Part shown: positions 38,413-48,638 of the stretch, piece after piece
How positions within the stretch are numbered: position 1 is the stretch's first letter
Layout of the letters: each line of letters opens with the position of its first letter
From: Candidatus Thermosaccharophagus tengchongensis
GTDB lineage: Bacteria; Armatimonadota; Fervidibacteria; Fervidibacterales; Thermosaccharophagaceae
Direction: 5' to 3' (one strand)
DNA: 64,000 bases
Assembly (NCBI GenBank): GCA_032161105.1
Contig: JAVHTD010000001.1
Notes under the pieces: generated by a model
Told to the model about the DNA's origin: nothing
The model's input: the letters and a program-made list of their open reading frames with translations, nothing else
Database searches by the model: none
Position numbers and translations under genes: made by a program

Positions 38413-39771
38413 GTGAAGCGGCGAGCCGGCTCACCCGTTGTGGAAGGCAAGCAATCGCATGGCAATGTCAATTCGGATAAGCCGAGGGATGTCGTTCGTA
38501 TTGGCATGCTCGGGCTTGGGACTGTTGGAAGCGCTGTGATTGCACTGCTGTGGCGCAATAGGGAGCTCATACAGCTCAGGGTTGGATGCGCGGTTGAAGT
38601 GGTTAAGGTGGCTGTCAAGCACTTGGATAAAGAGCGCCCAGTAATTTTGGATCCGAGGATGCTCACTGACAATGCATACGAGGTTATTGAGGACGAGAGC
38701 GTGGACATAGTTGTTGAGCTGATTGGCGGTGTTGAGCCGGCATACGAGTATGTGATGCGCGCAATTGAACTCGGTAAAAGCGTGGTCACGGCGAATAAAG
38801 AACTTCTGGCAAAGCGCGGCGGCGAGATTTTGGATGCGGCTAAGGGGAAGGGCGTTGATGTATACTTTGAGGCGAGTGTTGGCGGCGGTATACCGATCAT
38901 AATGCCGCTCAAGCAGAGCCTCGTCGGAAACAGGATAAAGCGCATTGTCGGCATACTCAACGGCACAACGAATTACATCCTCACTCGCATGACGAGGGAT
39001 GGATTGGATTTCTCCACAGCGCTAAGTGAGGCTCAGGCGAAGGGGTTTGCGGAGGCTGACCCGACTGATGATGTTGATGCGTTTGACCCGATGTATAAGA
39101 TTGCGATACTGGCAGCAATAGCCTTCGGCTACCGCATTCCGCTTGATGCCATATATCGTGAGGGCATAAGGCACATTGAGCCAGCCGATATTGACTACGC
39201 GAGCAGTTTGGGATATGTGATCAAGCTGTTAGCGATAGCTGCCGAGCACGATGGGTTAATTGAGCTGCGCGTTCATCCGACGCTCGTGCCAAAGACGCAC
39301 CCGCTCGCATCCGTGAGCGATAACTACAACGCCGTCGTGATTGAGGGCGACAGCGTTGGAAGGCTAATGTTCTACGGGCAAGGGGCAGGTGGCGCACCAA
39401 CCGCAAGTGCTGTGGTCGGTGACATAGTTGACGCTGCGAGGAATTTAAGGCTTGATGCGAAAGGACGGTTGCCATGTGTGTGTCGGCTTGGCGGTATGTT
39501 CAAGAGCATAGATGATGTTGTGAGCCGATTCTGTATCAGGATGAGGGTGGCTGACAAGCCGGGCGTGTTGGCAAAGATTGCAGGCGTGTTTGGTGCTGAA
39601 GGTGTTAGCATTGCATCAGTTGTCCAAAGGGAAAGCGACGGTAAGACGGCGGAGATAGTTTGGATAACCCATGCAACGCCATACAGGTCGTTGAGGGGAG
39701 CGCTTGAAGGTATATCAAGCCTTGATGTCGTTCAAAGCGTTGGGAAACCACTCTGGGTGGAAGCCGATTGA
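38413..39771 (+). CDS. hom: Homoserine dehydrogenase (C-terminal ACT domain)
   Basis: GLGTVG, VVTANK, FEASVGGGIP, GILNGTTNYIL, GQGAGGAPTASAV, DKPGVLAKIA. Confidence 0.97.
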   Translation: MKRRAGSPVVEGKQSHGNVNSDKPRDVVRIGMLGLGTVGSAVIALLWRNRELIQLRVGCAVEVVKVAVKHLDKERPVILDPRMLTDNAYEVIEDESVDIVVELIGGVEPAYEYVMRAIELGKSVVTANKELLAKRGGEILDAAKGKGVDVYFEASVGGGIPIIMPLKQSLVGNRIKRIVGILNGTTNYILTRMTRDGLDFSTALSEAQAKGFAEADPTDDVDAFDPMYKIAILAAIAFGYRIPLDAIYREGIRHIEPADIDYASSLGYVIKLLAIAAEHDGLIELRVHPTLVPKTHPLASVSDNYNAVVIEGDSVGRLMFYGQGAGGAPTASAVVGDIVDAARNLRLDAKGRLPCVCRLGGMFKSIDDVVSRFCIRMRVADKPGVLAKIAGVFGAEGVSIASVVQRESDGKTAEIVWITHATPYRSLRGALEGISSLDVVQSVGKPLWVEAD

Positions 39772-39791
39772 CACATTACTGAAGGGAGTAT

Positions 39792-40979
39792 ATGGGCATG
39801 AGCAGCGAAGATGACATGCGCCAAGTTGTTGGGAGTGGCGACATTTGGCGCGGCATCATTCACCGCTACCGCCAGTTTCTGCCAATCACTGACTCCACGC
39901 CGATTGTGACCCTCTGCGAGGGCAACACACCATTAATCAGGTCAAGGGCAATTGAGGGGTTGATTGGTGGGAACCTCCTCGTCTACCTCAAGTATGAGGG
40001 GGCGAATCCAACAGGTTCATTCAAGGACAGGGGGATGACTGTCGCGGTCTCAAAGGCGCTTGAGAGGGGTTACACAGTTGGGATATGCGCTTCAACTGGT
40101 AACACATCCGCATCAGCTGCTGCATATTGCGCGAGGGCTAACATCAGATGCGTCATCATTGTTCCCGAGGGGAGAGTGGCTCTCGGGAAACTTTCTCAGG
40201 CTCTCGCTCACGGTGCATTGCTATGCCCAGTCAGCGGCAGCTTTGATGATGCGCTCAACATCGTGCGCCAAATATGTGGCTCAGAAGGGGATGTAGCGCT
40301 TCTCAATTCAATCAACCCTGAGAGGATTGAGGGTCAAAAGACGGCTGCGTTTGAAATATGCGATGCTCTCCTGCGTGCGCCCGATTTCCACATCATGCCA
40401 GTTGGGAACGCCGGGAACATAACCTCTCACTGGATGGGCTACAAGGAGTATTACAAGAGCGGCTTAATCCGTGACTTGCCGATAATGGTCGGAGTGCAAG
40501 CTGCTGGAGCCGCGCCTTTAGTGCTCGGTCACCCTGTTGAGAATCCGGAGACGATTGCAACAGCTATACGCATCGGTAACCCGGCGAGGTGGAATGGGGC
40601 AATTGAAGCAAGGGATGAATCCGGCGGGACAATCATCGCCGTTACGGATGACGAGATCATAGCTGCATATCAACTGCTCGCTCAGAAGGAAGGTCTATTT
40701 GTTGAGCCAGCTGGAGCAGCAAGCGTTGCCGGGTTGCTAAAGCTCCACAGGGAAGGGTATTTTGAGCGGGCGCTACAAAAGCGCTGTTTGCGCTGCGATG
40801 AAAAGCCAATTGCAGTTTGTGTCCTGACCGGGCATGGTCTCAAGGATCCTCAAACAGCCATGCGTTTGGCAAGGCTACCCGAGCCGCTTCCGCCCGACAA
40901 GGATGCGATAATGAGCTTCATCAAGGCAAACTTGAATGAGGGAACCTTCGGAAGTGAGCGCAAAGCAGCAAAATGGTGA
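39792..40979 (+). CDS. thrC: Threonine synthase
   Basis: EGNTPL, NPTGSFKDRG, CASTGNTSAS, PVGNAGN, LTGHGLKDP. Confidence 0.97.
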   Translation: MGMSSEDDMRQVVGSGDIWRGIIHRYRQFLPITDSTPIVTLCEGNTPLIRSRAIEGLIGGNLLVYLKYEGANPTGSFKDRGMTVAVSKALERGYTVGICASTGNTSASAAAYCARANIRCVIIVPEGRVALGKLSQALAHGALLCPVSGSFDDALNIVRQICGSEGDVALLNSINPERIEGQKTAAFEICDALLRAPDFHIMPVGNAGNITSHWMGYKEYYKSGLIRDLPIMVGVQAAGAAPLVLGHPVENPETIATAIRIGNPARWNGAIEARDESGGTIIAVTDDEIIAAYQLLAQKEGLFVEPAGAASVAGLLKLHREGYFERALQKRCLRCDEKPIAVCVLTGHGLKDPQTAMRLARLPEPLPPDKDAIMSFIKANLNEGTFGSERKAAKW

Positions 40980-41075
40980 TGGGATAAGGCACACAAAAGC
41001 TGCAGCTGCTGCCCACTCGCGCGGTTACACCAATTGCGTCTCGCCTGTGAAACCTTCGCTATAGGGGGTGCGCGT

Positions 41076-41969
41076 GTGAGGGGTCCGATTGTGATGACGA
41101 ATTTGCGTTCAGTGCCGCTGCTCAAGCGCGGCAAGGTGCGCGACATTTACAAGGTCAACGGGGCACTGTTGCTCGTTGCCACCGACAGGATATCGGCGTT
41201 TGATGTTGTCCTGCCAACGCCAATTCCGGACAAGGGTTTCATCCTCACGCAGCTATCAGTTTTTTGGTTTGAGCGCACAAGGCACATCATCCCAAACCAC
41301 CTTATTACTGCCTCCGTTGATGAGTTTCCGGATGAGCTTCAAAGTGAGCGTGAGGTGCTTGAGGGTCGTTCTGTGCTCGTCAAGCTCGCAGAGCCTCTTC
41401 CAATTGAGAGCGTAGTTCGTGGATATATAGCCGGGTCAGCGTGGAAGGAATACGCCGCAACTGGGGAGGTGTGCGGCATAAAGCTCCCAAGTGGATTGAA
41501 GATGTGCCAGAAGCTCCCCGAGCCGATATTCACTCCGGCAACGAAGGCACTCGTCGGGCATGACGAGAACATCGCATTTGAACAGGTCGTGGACATGGTC
41601 GGGAGGGAAGTTGCGGAGAGGGTTAGGGAAATAAGCCTTCAGATTTATTCCTTCGCATCAAGGTATGCCGAGGAGAGGGGCATAATCATCGCCGACACGA
41701 AGTTTGAGTTTGGACTCGTTGATGGCAAGTTGATGCTGATTGACGAGCTCCTCACGCCGGATTCATCTCGCTTCTGGGATATGGAAACATATGAGCCGGG
41801 GAAGCCGCAGGAGAGCTTTGACAAGCAGTTCGTTCGTGACTACCTTGAAAGCATCAATTGGAACAAGCAACCGCCCGCACCGGCGTTGCCCGAGGATGTA
41901 GTTGAGAAAACGAGGCAGCGCTATTGGGAAGCCTACAGAAGACTGTGTGGCGAAAAGGCGTGTTTGTGA
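41076..41969 (+). CDS. purC: SAICAR synthetase
   Basis: GKVRDIY, TDRISAFD, IADTKFEFG, DELLTPDSSRFW, DKQFVRD. Confidence 0.97.
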   Translation: MRGPIVMTNLRSVPLLKRGKVRDIYKVNGALLLVATDRISAFDVVLPTPIPDKGFILTQLSVFWFERTRHIIPNHLITASVDEFPDELQSEREVLEGRSVLVKLAEPLPIESVVRGYIAGSAWKEYAATGEVCGIKLPSGLKMCQKLPEPIFTPATKALVGHDENIAFEQVVDMVGREVAERVREISLQIYSFASRYAEERGIIIADTKFEFGLVDGKLMLIDELLTPDSSRFWDMETYEPGKPQESFDKQFVRDYLESINWNKQPPAPALPEDVVEKTRQRYWEAYRRLCGEKACL

Positions 41970-42025
41970 TCCTCAACGGCGACCGATTAGTGGCTATTAT
42001 GCTTTTGCCAGCGTGGTGATGGCTC

Positions 42026-43264
42026 GTGGACAGATGGCTCCTGCTGCTCCTTGATGGGGCTGCCGATGAGCCATGCGAGGCTCTAATGAACAGGACACCG
42101 CTTGAGGCTGCCTCATTGCCGGTGCTTGATGCCATAGCGATGCGCTCAACTGTCGGCGTTGCGCCCACGATACCGGATGGGGCTCCAGTGCAACCTGAGA
42201 GCGCTCTTTTGATAGTCCTCGGCTATGAGCCATTTGCCGCATACACTCGCCGTGGCGCATGGCTTGCAAGCGCGCTTGGTGTCTATGTTGATGTGCGCAA
42301 TGTGGCTATGTGCGTGAGCCTTATGAGCACGGATGGGGAAACTGTGCACAAGCTTGCAGCCGATGAGCTGAGCGATGACGAGGTTGATGAGGTGCTAAGG
42401 GTTGTTGAGGGGAAGTTGCAGCCTCGTCAGTTTGAGCTATATCGTGCCGGCAGGCTGCACCATTTGCTCATCTGGCACGATGGCAGCTCGTCAATTTATT
42501 GCCCCTCACCGGATGACGCTGACGGAAGGGCGCTCACCGATGTCCTGCCAGTCGGTGAGAAGGAAGCACAACTTCAATCGTTCATGCTTGACACCTTTGA
42601 GCTGCTCGACCAGATTGAGTTGAATGAGCGCAGGCGTGATGAGGGCAAGAAGCCAATTAACTTGCTTCTGCCCCATGAGCCATCCCACCAAATTGCGCTC
42701 CCATCAGTGCAGATAGCGCTTGAGATGCTATTTGTTGATGTGGTGACGACTCACCTGCCGATGACTGGTGTCAGCAGGGCAATGGGGGCGTTCGTTCATT
42801 CGCCATTTTGGTATGCGCCGGAAAATTGGGCTGATGGATTGAGTGAGCGCTACGAAAGGCTTGCCAACTTCATCCTGACGCAGCTCAGCCGGACGGATGT
42901 GTTGGTTGTTCATATCCGAGAGGCGGATTTTGCCGGGCACGCTAAAGACCCGGAACTCAAAGTCCATGTCCTTCAAGCAATTGATGAGCGCCTAATTCGC
43001 CCACTGTGGCTTGAGTGGGAAAGGCTTGGCGATGTCTGCCTGTTGATTGTTTGCACGCACAAAACTCTGTGCACCGCAGGGAGGCATGCAGGCGGCTTAA
43101 TGCCATTCATCCTCTATCCGCCGAAGGGCAGACCCAACGCAGCCGATGCATTTTACGAGCTGTGCGCAATTGAAGATGGTCTAAGGCTTGATGAGGTGAC
43201 CGAGCTGTCACGGCTCGCATTGCCGTTGCGTGAAACAATCAGGGTGACAGCGGTGAGGCGTTGA
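42026..43264 (+). CDS. ApgM-like cofactor-independent phosphoglycerate mutase / alkaline-phosphatase-superfamily protein (divergent)
   Basis: LLDGAADEP, RTPLEAA, LGYEP, DFAGHAKD. Catalytic motifs appear altered (see findings). Confidence 0.75.
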   Translation: MDRWLLLLLDGAADEPCEALMNRTPLEAASLPVLDAIAMRSTVGVAPTIPDGAPVQPESALLIVLGYEPFAAYTRRGAWLASALGVYVDVRNVAMCVSLMSTDGETVHKLAADELSDDEVDEVLRVVEGKLQPRQFELYRAGRLHHLLIWHDGSSSIYCPSPDDADGRALTDVLPVGEKEAQLQSFMLDTFELLDQIELNERRRDEGKKPINLLLPHEPSHQIALPSVQIALEMLFVDVVTTHLPMTGVSRAMGAFVHSPFWYAPENWADGLSERYERLANFILTQLSRTDVLVVHIREADFAGHAKDPELKVHVLQAIDERLIRPLWLEWERLGDVCLLIVCTHKTLCTAGRHAGGLMPFILYPPKGRPNAADAFYELCAIEDGLRLDEVTELSRLALPLRETIRVTAVRR

Positions 43265-44109
43265 TGCTTTGGAAACGCGCAGCTATCGGGGTATTCGCCT
43301 TGACCGCCATTTTCTGCGCTTTCTTTTCCCCATGCGCATCACAGCGCTCCGGAGGGCAAACGGCAACACAGAAGGTAAAATCGCACGGGCATGTTGTAAC
43401 TCAAGTTGGTTGTGCCATCGTGTTGATGTATCATCGCGTTGACCATGTCCGACCGGATGCCGGTGCGCTTGAAAGAGACCTGACGGTTTCCCCGGAGGAT
43501 TTTGAGCGTCAAGTTAAGCACCTTATTCAAAGCGGCTTTCGGATTGTTAGGTTGAGCGAGATTGAAGATGCCGTTATAAACAGGCGTCCTTTCACCGGGC
43601 TCAAGGTTGCAATAACGCTTGACGATGGGTATGTTGACAGCTATACGAAAGCCTTCCCGATACTCAAGCGCTACAACGCGCCGGCGACGGTTTTCCTTGT
43701 GACTGGCACTGTTGGGACAAAGGGGCATTTGAGTTGGGAGCAGATTGAGGAGATGAGGCGCTTTGGTATTGAGTTTGGCTCTCACGGCGTTCATCATCTT
43801 GACCTGACGAGATTGAGACTGACGCAGCTTGACCTTGAATTGAGGGCTTCCAAAGCTCAAATTGAGGCTAAGTGTGGCGTGGAAGTGACGGCACTTGCCT
43901 ATCCCGCTGGCGAATATAACTCCTTCGTCATTGAGCGCGTTAAATCTGCGGGATACAAAACTGCATGGCGCAAGTCAGGTGGCGCTTTGACACCATACGA
44001 TAATCCGTTTGCGCTCCCCAGATTGCGTGTCAGCGGGAGTGACACATTGAAGTCGTTTCCATGGAAGCTTTCAAATGCCATTGCGCATGCTGAGCGAAAA
44101 TGCCGTTGA
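43261..44109 (+). CDS. Polysaccharide deacetylase (CE4/NodB family), exported
   Basis: LMYHRV, ITLDDG, GSHGVHH, AYPAG, LPRL. Confidence 0.9.
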   Translation: MMLWKRAAIGVFALTAIFCAFFSPCASQRSGGQTATQKVKSHGHVVTQVGCAIVLMYHRVDHVRPDAGALERDLTVSPEDFERQVKHLIQSGFRIVRLSEIEDAVINRRPFTGLKVAITLDDGYVDSYTKAFPILKRYNAPATVFLVTGTVGTKGHLSWEQIEEMRRFGIEFGSHGVHHLDLTRLRLTQLDLELRASKAQIEAKCGVEVTALAYPAGEYNSFVIERVKSAGYKTAWRKSGGALTPYDNPFALPRLRVSGSDTLKSFPWKLSNAIAHAERKCR

Positions 44110-44161
44110 GATGATGCTCGTTCACAGCGGGCATAATTTGTGAGGACGCATTTTTCAACAA

Positions 44162-44227
44162 GTAGGGGCGCATGAAATGCGCCCGAAATGCGCCCGAAAG
44201 AAGCGGGCAGATTTCATCTGCCCCTGC
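44162..44227. repeat. GTAG-family REP doublet with an internal 11-bp tandem duplication
   Basis: GTAGGGGCGCAT-GAAATGCGCCC-GAAATGCGCCC-GAAAGAAGC-GGGCAGATTTCATCTGCCCCTGC; same architecture as 2710-2765. Confidence 0.75.
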
Positions 44228-44286
44228 AACACGAAATTTTTCGCGGCTGAAGCTGCTCCTGCAATTTGCACACGAGGTGATGAGCG

Positions 44287-46722
44287 ATGAGGTGGCATAG
44301 CTTGCTTATGGCATTTTTGGCTTCCCTTGTCATCGCATGGATGCTTTCCGACGGCTATACGGCAGTGGTTGAGCAGGTCACCATTGATGGCTTTGAGTAT
44401 GGCAGCGATGAGCAAGCTCAAGAGGCATGGCGAGCGATGGAGGGAGCAAGTCCTGTTAGGCTTTCCGGTGAGGGCGTTATCGGGAGAGCGCTTCTCCTGC
44501 CGTGCGATTTCGCTCAGCCGGTTGAGAGGCGCTACTGGGATAAGCCCGTAAAGCTTGACCTATCTCGGTGTGATGCATTTTCAATAAGTGTGAATCCGAG
44601 CCTCCCGGATGCCATCGGGCGTTTCACAGTCTACTTCCGAAGCGGTGACGGTTGGTATGCCGGCTGGTTTAGGCTCGCAAAGCCCGGATGGAATAGGGTG
44701 ACTTTAAACAAAGCCGACTTTGTCACCGAAGGTAAGCCGACTGGCTGGCATGCCATTGATTGCATTCGCCTCTCGGTGTGGCGTGGCGAGCGCCAAGAGG
44801 AGACATTCGTGGCGGTTGATGAGCTTATAGGTATCGTGCACTCAATTGTGGTTATAAGGGGCGATTTGACACTCCGCTCTGGTTCTGGCGAGTGGCAAGC
44901 GGTGCAAAGATGCGTTGATTTGATGCTGCGCTTGCTCGGGATGTTTGGGGTTGATGTTGGTGTGCTCAACGACACCGATGTTGAAGCTGGTGCATTGCTC
45001 GGGAGGGCTGTGGCGATATTCCCATATAACCCGCACATGTCCGATGCTGAGGTTGGGCGTGTAATTGAGTTCATAAACTCCGGAGGCAAGGTCATCATCT
45101 TTTACTCAATTCACAGTCGGTTGGCTGATGCGCTCGGCATTGAGCTTGTGCGATACATGCGCCAAGAGAGACAAGGGCAGTTTGCATATGTGAACTTTGA
45201 CACGAAGGCAGTCATTGGCTTGCCGAATGAGATTGCACAGGGCTCATGGAACATCAATGTGGTCAAGCCGGTAAGGGGCGATGCGCGCGTGATCGGCGAG
45301 TGGTATGATTCAGATCGCAACCCGACCGGCTTTCCGGCGGTGGTCGTCAGCTCAAGTGGGGCTTACATGGCGCACATCCTCCTACCGCAAGACGAGCCAA
45401 AGAAAGCCATGATGATGCTTGCGCTGCTCGGCTTGTTCACCAAGGATGTATGGCAGATTGCCGCATCAAATGCGCTCAATGGCATAGGTAAGTTTGCCGG
45501 CTTTGTGAGCTACGAGGAATGCATTGGTTGGCTCAAAGAGAATGCCAAGGGCAAGAGATACGAGAATGAGATACTGCAGCTAATAGCCAAGGCGGAGGCA
45601 ATGCGCGGTGATTGCGAAGCGGCTCTAAAAGGAGGGGAGTATGTCCGCTCACTGCATCTCGCCATTGAATCAAATGGTTTGCTCACCAATGCATGGTTTC
45701 GTGCACAGCCATCAGTGATTGGTGAGTGGCGTGCGCTTTGGTGTCATTCAGCGTTCGGCATTCCGGGGTGGACTTGGGAGAGGGCGATTGAATGGCTTTC
45801 CCGTCATGGCTTCAATGCAATCTTACCAAACATGCTCTGGGGCGGCATCGCCTACTACAAGAGCGATGTGCTGCCGGTCGCACCGGAGGTTGAAAAGTTT
45901 GGCGATCAAATTGAGGCGTGCGTTGCCGCAGCGAGGAAGTTCGGCGTCCAAGTCCATGTTTGGAAGGTCAACTGGAATTTGGTCAACGCACCGAAAGAGT
46001 TTGTTGAGGGGATGAGGAAGCTCGGGCGCACACAGAAGGATTTGAATGGCAACGATGTAAATTGGCTTTGCCCATCTCACCCGGACAACTTCAAGCTTGA
46101 GTTTGAGTCAATGATTGAGGTTGTGCGCAAATACGATGTTGATGGCATACACTTTGACTACATCCGCTATCCGAACGCCAACTGCTGCTATTGTGACGGT
46201 TGCAGGGAAAGGTTTGAGAGGGAGATGGGAATCACCGTCAACAATTTCCCGAAGGATGTCCTTAATGGTGAGCTCGCCGATAAATACAGGCAATGGCGCT
46301 GTCAGCAGATAACTCGCCTTGTGGCGGCTGTGAGCGAGGCTGCGAGGAAACTTAAGCCGAACATAAAAGTGTCAGCAGCCGTCTTCAGGGATTACCCGAG
46401 ATGCCGTGATACAGTCGGACAGGATTGGCTGCTGTGGATTGAGCGTGGCTATCTTGACTTTGTATGCCCGATGAACTACACGGCTGACATTGCCCTATTC
46501 AAGGAGACGGTTGAAAGGCAACTCAAGCTTGTCTCGGGCAGGGTGCCACTATACCCCGGAATCGGGGCTTCAGCTCCCGGCTTGTCACCAGTTGAAGTCA
46601 TCCAGCAGATGCAAATTGTCAGAGGGATGGGCGCCAAGGGGTTCATCATTTTCAACTACGATGTGGCTGTGGCTGAAAATGTCCTTCCGGCATTGTCACT
46701 TGGGGCAACGGCTGAAAGGTGA
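44287..46722 (+). CDS. GHL10 (DUF187) glycosyl hydrolase-like protein with N-terminal CBM-like and GATase-like domains
   Basis: EWRALW, GFNAIL, VHVW, WLCPSHP, DGIHFDYIRYP, GQDW, CPMNY. Confidence 0.85.
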   Translation: MRWHSLLMAFLASLVIAWMLSDGYTAVVEQVTIDGFEYGSDEQAQEAWRAMEGASPVRLSGEGVIGRALLLPCDFAQPVERRYWDKPVKLDLSRCDAFSISVNPSLPDAIGRFTVYFRSGDGWYAGWFRLAKPGWNRVTLNKADFVTEGKPTGWHAIDCIRLSVWRGERQEETFVAVDELIGIVHSIVVIRGDLTLRSGSGEWQAVQRCVDLMLRLLGMFGVDVGVLNDTDVEAGALLGRAVAIFPYNPHMSDAEVGRVIEFINSGGKVIIFYSIHSRLADALGIELVRYMRQERQGQFAYVNFDTKAVIGLPNEIAQGSWNINVVKPVRGDARVIGEWYDSDRNPTGFPAVVVSSSGAYMAHILLPQDEPKKAMMMLALLGLFTKDVWQIAASNALNGIGKFAGFVSYEECIGWLKENAKGKRYENEILQLIAKAEAMRGDCEAALKGGEYVRSLHLAIESNGLLTNAWFRAQPSVIGEWRALWCHSAFGIPGWTWERAIEWLSRHGFNAILPNMLWGGIAYYKSDVLPVAPEVEKFGDQIEACVAAARKFGVQVHVWKVNWNLVNAPKEFVEGMRKLGRTQKDLNGNDVNWLCPSHPDNFKLEFESMIEVVRKYDVDGIHFDYIRYPNANCCYCDGCRERFEREMGITVNNFPKDVLNGELADKYRQWRCQQITRLVAAVSEAARKLKPNIKVSAAVFRDYPRCRDTVGQDWLLWIERGYLDFVCPMNYTADIALFKETVERQLKLVSGRVPLYPGIGASAPGLSPVEVIQQMQIVRGMGAKGFIIFNYDVAVAENVLPALSLGATAER

Positions 46723-46820
46723 ATGAGGGACACTACTTGGCATCACCTTTTGGCTGATCGCAATTGAGGGTTGCATGGGCACCTGTAGCAATGATGGACA
46801 TGATTGTGAATGCCCTCATC

Positions 46821-47840
46821 CTACAGCTCAATTGGTGTGCCTAATCTGGCTGATTCCTCCATTGCAGTTATGACCCTTGTGGCTTGCAATCCATCAAAGC
46901 CGCTCGCTACCGGCTGTGTGCCACTCATTATGCATTCAACGAAGTGATGGATGCTTGCGATGGCAAAGCCAACTGGTTTACCATGCACGGTGACATTTGC
47001 GATCACATCGGGATACGATGCGCCGCATTGAGTATACTTCTCCACCATGCCGTGATGGCTTGTGTCAATGAAGATAGTTCCACTTGTCCCAACAACCTCA
47101 CACTTGAAGTCATACACATTTGGTGAGCTCTCGGAGATAACCCAACAGTTCTCAACCGTTGCAACGCATCCGTTATCAAGCTCAAGCGTGCTCACAAAGA
47201 AGTCGGGCGTGTCAATCCCCATGCCCTTTAGCAGCGTGCTCCTCGTCACCGTATAGACTCGCTTGACTTCGGCTCCTGTCAACCACCTTATGAGGTCAAT
47301 GACATGGCTTCCCAAGAACCAAGCTACGGTTGACTTACCAGACCACGAGAGCATCTTCGTCGGAACGAAGATTGTGTCGTTTAGCCTCACAGCGATGAGG
47401 AGGGGTTGACCAACTTCACCCGAATCAATTGCCTCTTTTGTTCGCACGAATGCCGGGTTGAACCTGTTGTGGAAATCAACCATTAGCGTGACGCCGTTAC
47501 GCCTTGCAGCCTCAATTATGGCTTCACAATCCTCAACCGATGTGGCGAGGGGTTTCTCAACGAGTAGATGCTTTTTTGCCTCAGCGGCATCAACGGCTAT
47601 CTGGCGATGGGCGAAATCCGGTGTGGCAACTGATACGGCGTGGATATCATCCCGCTCCAAAAGTTCCCTATAGTTTGTGGTCCATCCCTTAAAGCCATAT
47701 TTTTCGCAAACAGCCTTTGCCCGCTGCTCGTCAATATCGCACACCATTACGCATTCCGCGTTTGGATGTGCCGAATAAGCCAATGCATGCACTTCGCCAA
47801 ATGTGCCGACTCCGATAACTCCGACTCCCACCTTTTCCAT
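46821..47840 (-). CDS. Cytoplasmic Gfo/Idh/MocA family oxidoreductase
   Basis: GVIGVGTFG, ATPDFAH, LVEKPL, FHNRFNP, GSHVID. Confidence 0.92.
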   Translation of the reverse strand: MEKVGVGVIGVGTFGEVHALAYSAHPNAECVMVCDIDEQRAKAVCEKYGFKGWTTNYRELLERDDIHAVSVATPDFAHRQIAVDAAEAKKHLLVEKPLATSVEDCEAIIEAARRNGVTLMVDFHNRFNPAFVRTKEAIDSGEVGQPLLIAVRLNDTIFVPTKMLSWSGKSTVAWFLGSHVIDLIRWLTGAEVKRVYTVTRSTLLKGMGIDTPDFFVSTLELDNGCVATVENCWVISESSPNVYDFKCEVVGTSGTIFIDTSHHGMVEKYTQCGASYPDVIANVTVHGKPVGFAIASIHHFVECIMSGTQPVASGFDGLQATRVITAMEESARLGTPIEL

Positions 47841-47859
47841 CCCCTTCACCTCCTGTGCC

Positions 47860-48441
47860 TTATAGCTTGCTGAGTATGTTATCCAAAGCCTGCCAAAGTG
47901 CATATCCCATGATGAGCGGGTTGATATCTTGGTTCCATTCCAACCCGCCAATGTTTATGTCCACCTCGTATGAGGAAAGCCTTTCGGAACGCATTCGCTC
48001 AAGCAGGGGCGCAATTGGGGCAATGTAATTGCGCTCAATGAGCTCCTCAATTGGAACACCATCAATTGTGACCTTCCTGCTGCCCCGCTTCATCGTGCAG
48101 GTCAAGTCGTAGCGAGTCCCTGTCAGCTTGCGATAAATGACGATGCCGACACGCATTACCTGTGCTTCAAGGGAGATCGGCTCAACCTGCGCCTGTGAAG
48201 CCTCGCTATCCTCACTTGGCTGCCCAATTTGAGCCGCTTCAGAGCGGCTCAACTCATCATATGTCGTGTATATCTCTGTGGCATCCCCTACAGGTGATTG
48301 GCTGGCTTTGATTGTTGCAAACTCCTTGTCGCCCTCATCCATGCTGTCTGATGATTGATGACGCTGCTCATTCTCATCAGCATTGTTGACGCTCCCCTCA
48401 TTGACATCGCCGTTAGCTTGTGACCTATTAAGCACATCCAT
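47860..48441 (-). CDS. Hypothetical protein: acidic disordered N-terminus plus ribosomal protein uS9-like C-terminal domain
   Basis: SD GGAGGTGTG. The ORF is convincing; the uS9 resemblance is by eye only. Confidence 0.6.
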   Translation of the reverse strand: MDVLNRSQANGDVNEGSVNNADENEQRHQSSDSMDEGDKEFATIKASQSPVGDATEIYTTYDELSRSEAAQIGQPSEDSEASQAQVEPISLEAQVMRVGIVIYRKLTGTRYDLTCTMKRGSRKVTIDGVPIEELIERNYIAPIAPLLERMRSERLSSYEVDINIGGLEWNQDINPLIMGYALWQALDNILSKL

Positions 48442-48638
48442 TATCTTTCACACCTCCGATGGTGCGCTCCAACGATGCTCCGGAAGCTGCAATGACACTT
48501 GCAAGTGTAATTTTGACCCGTTCCAATTCCTGTGCTCACTGCCCTCGTGTTAGATATAATGGCGCCCTCTCGCTAATCGCTTTATGCTATGAAGGTGGCA
48601 AGCTTCGGTCTGCCGCCGAGCAGTGGCTGAAAGATTAA

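Noticed and set aside
44174..44199. Tandem repeat as a CRISPR or VNTR
   Set aside because: Only two 11-bp copies, inside a REP hairpin. I saw no repeat-spacer array or cas gene anywhere in the window.
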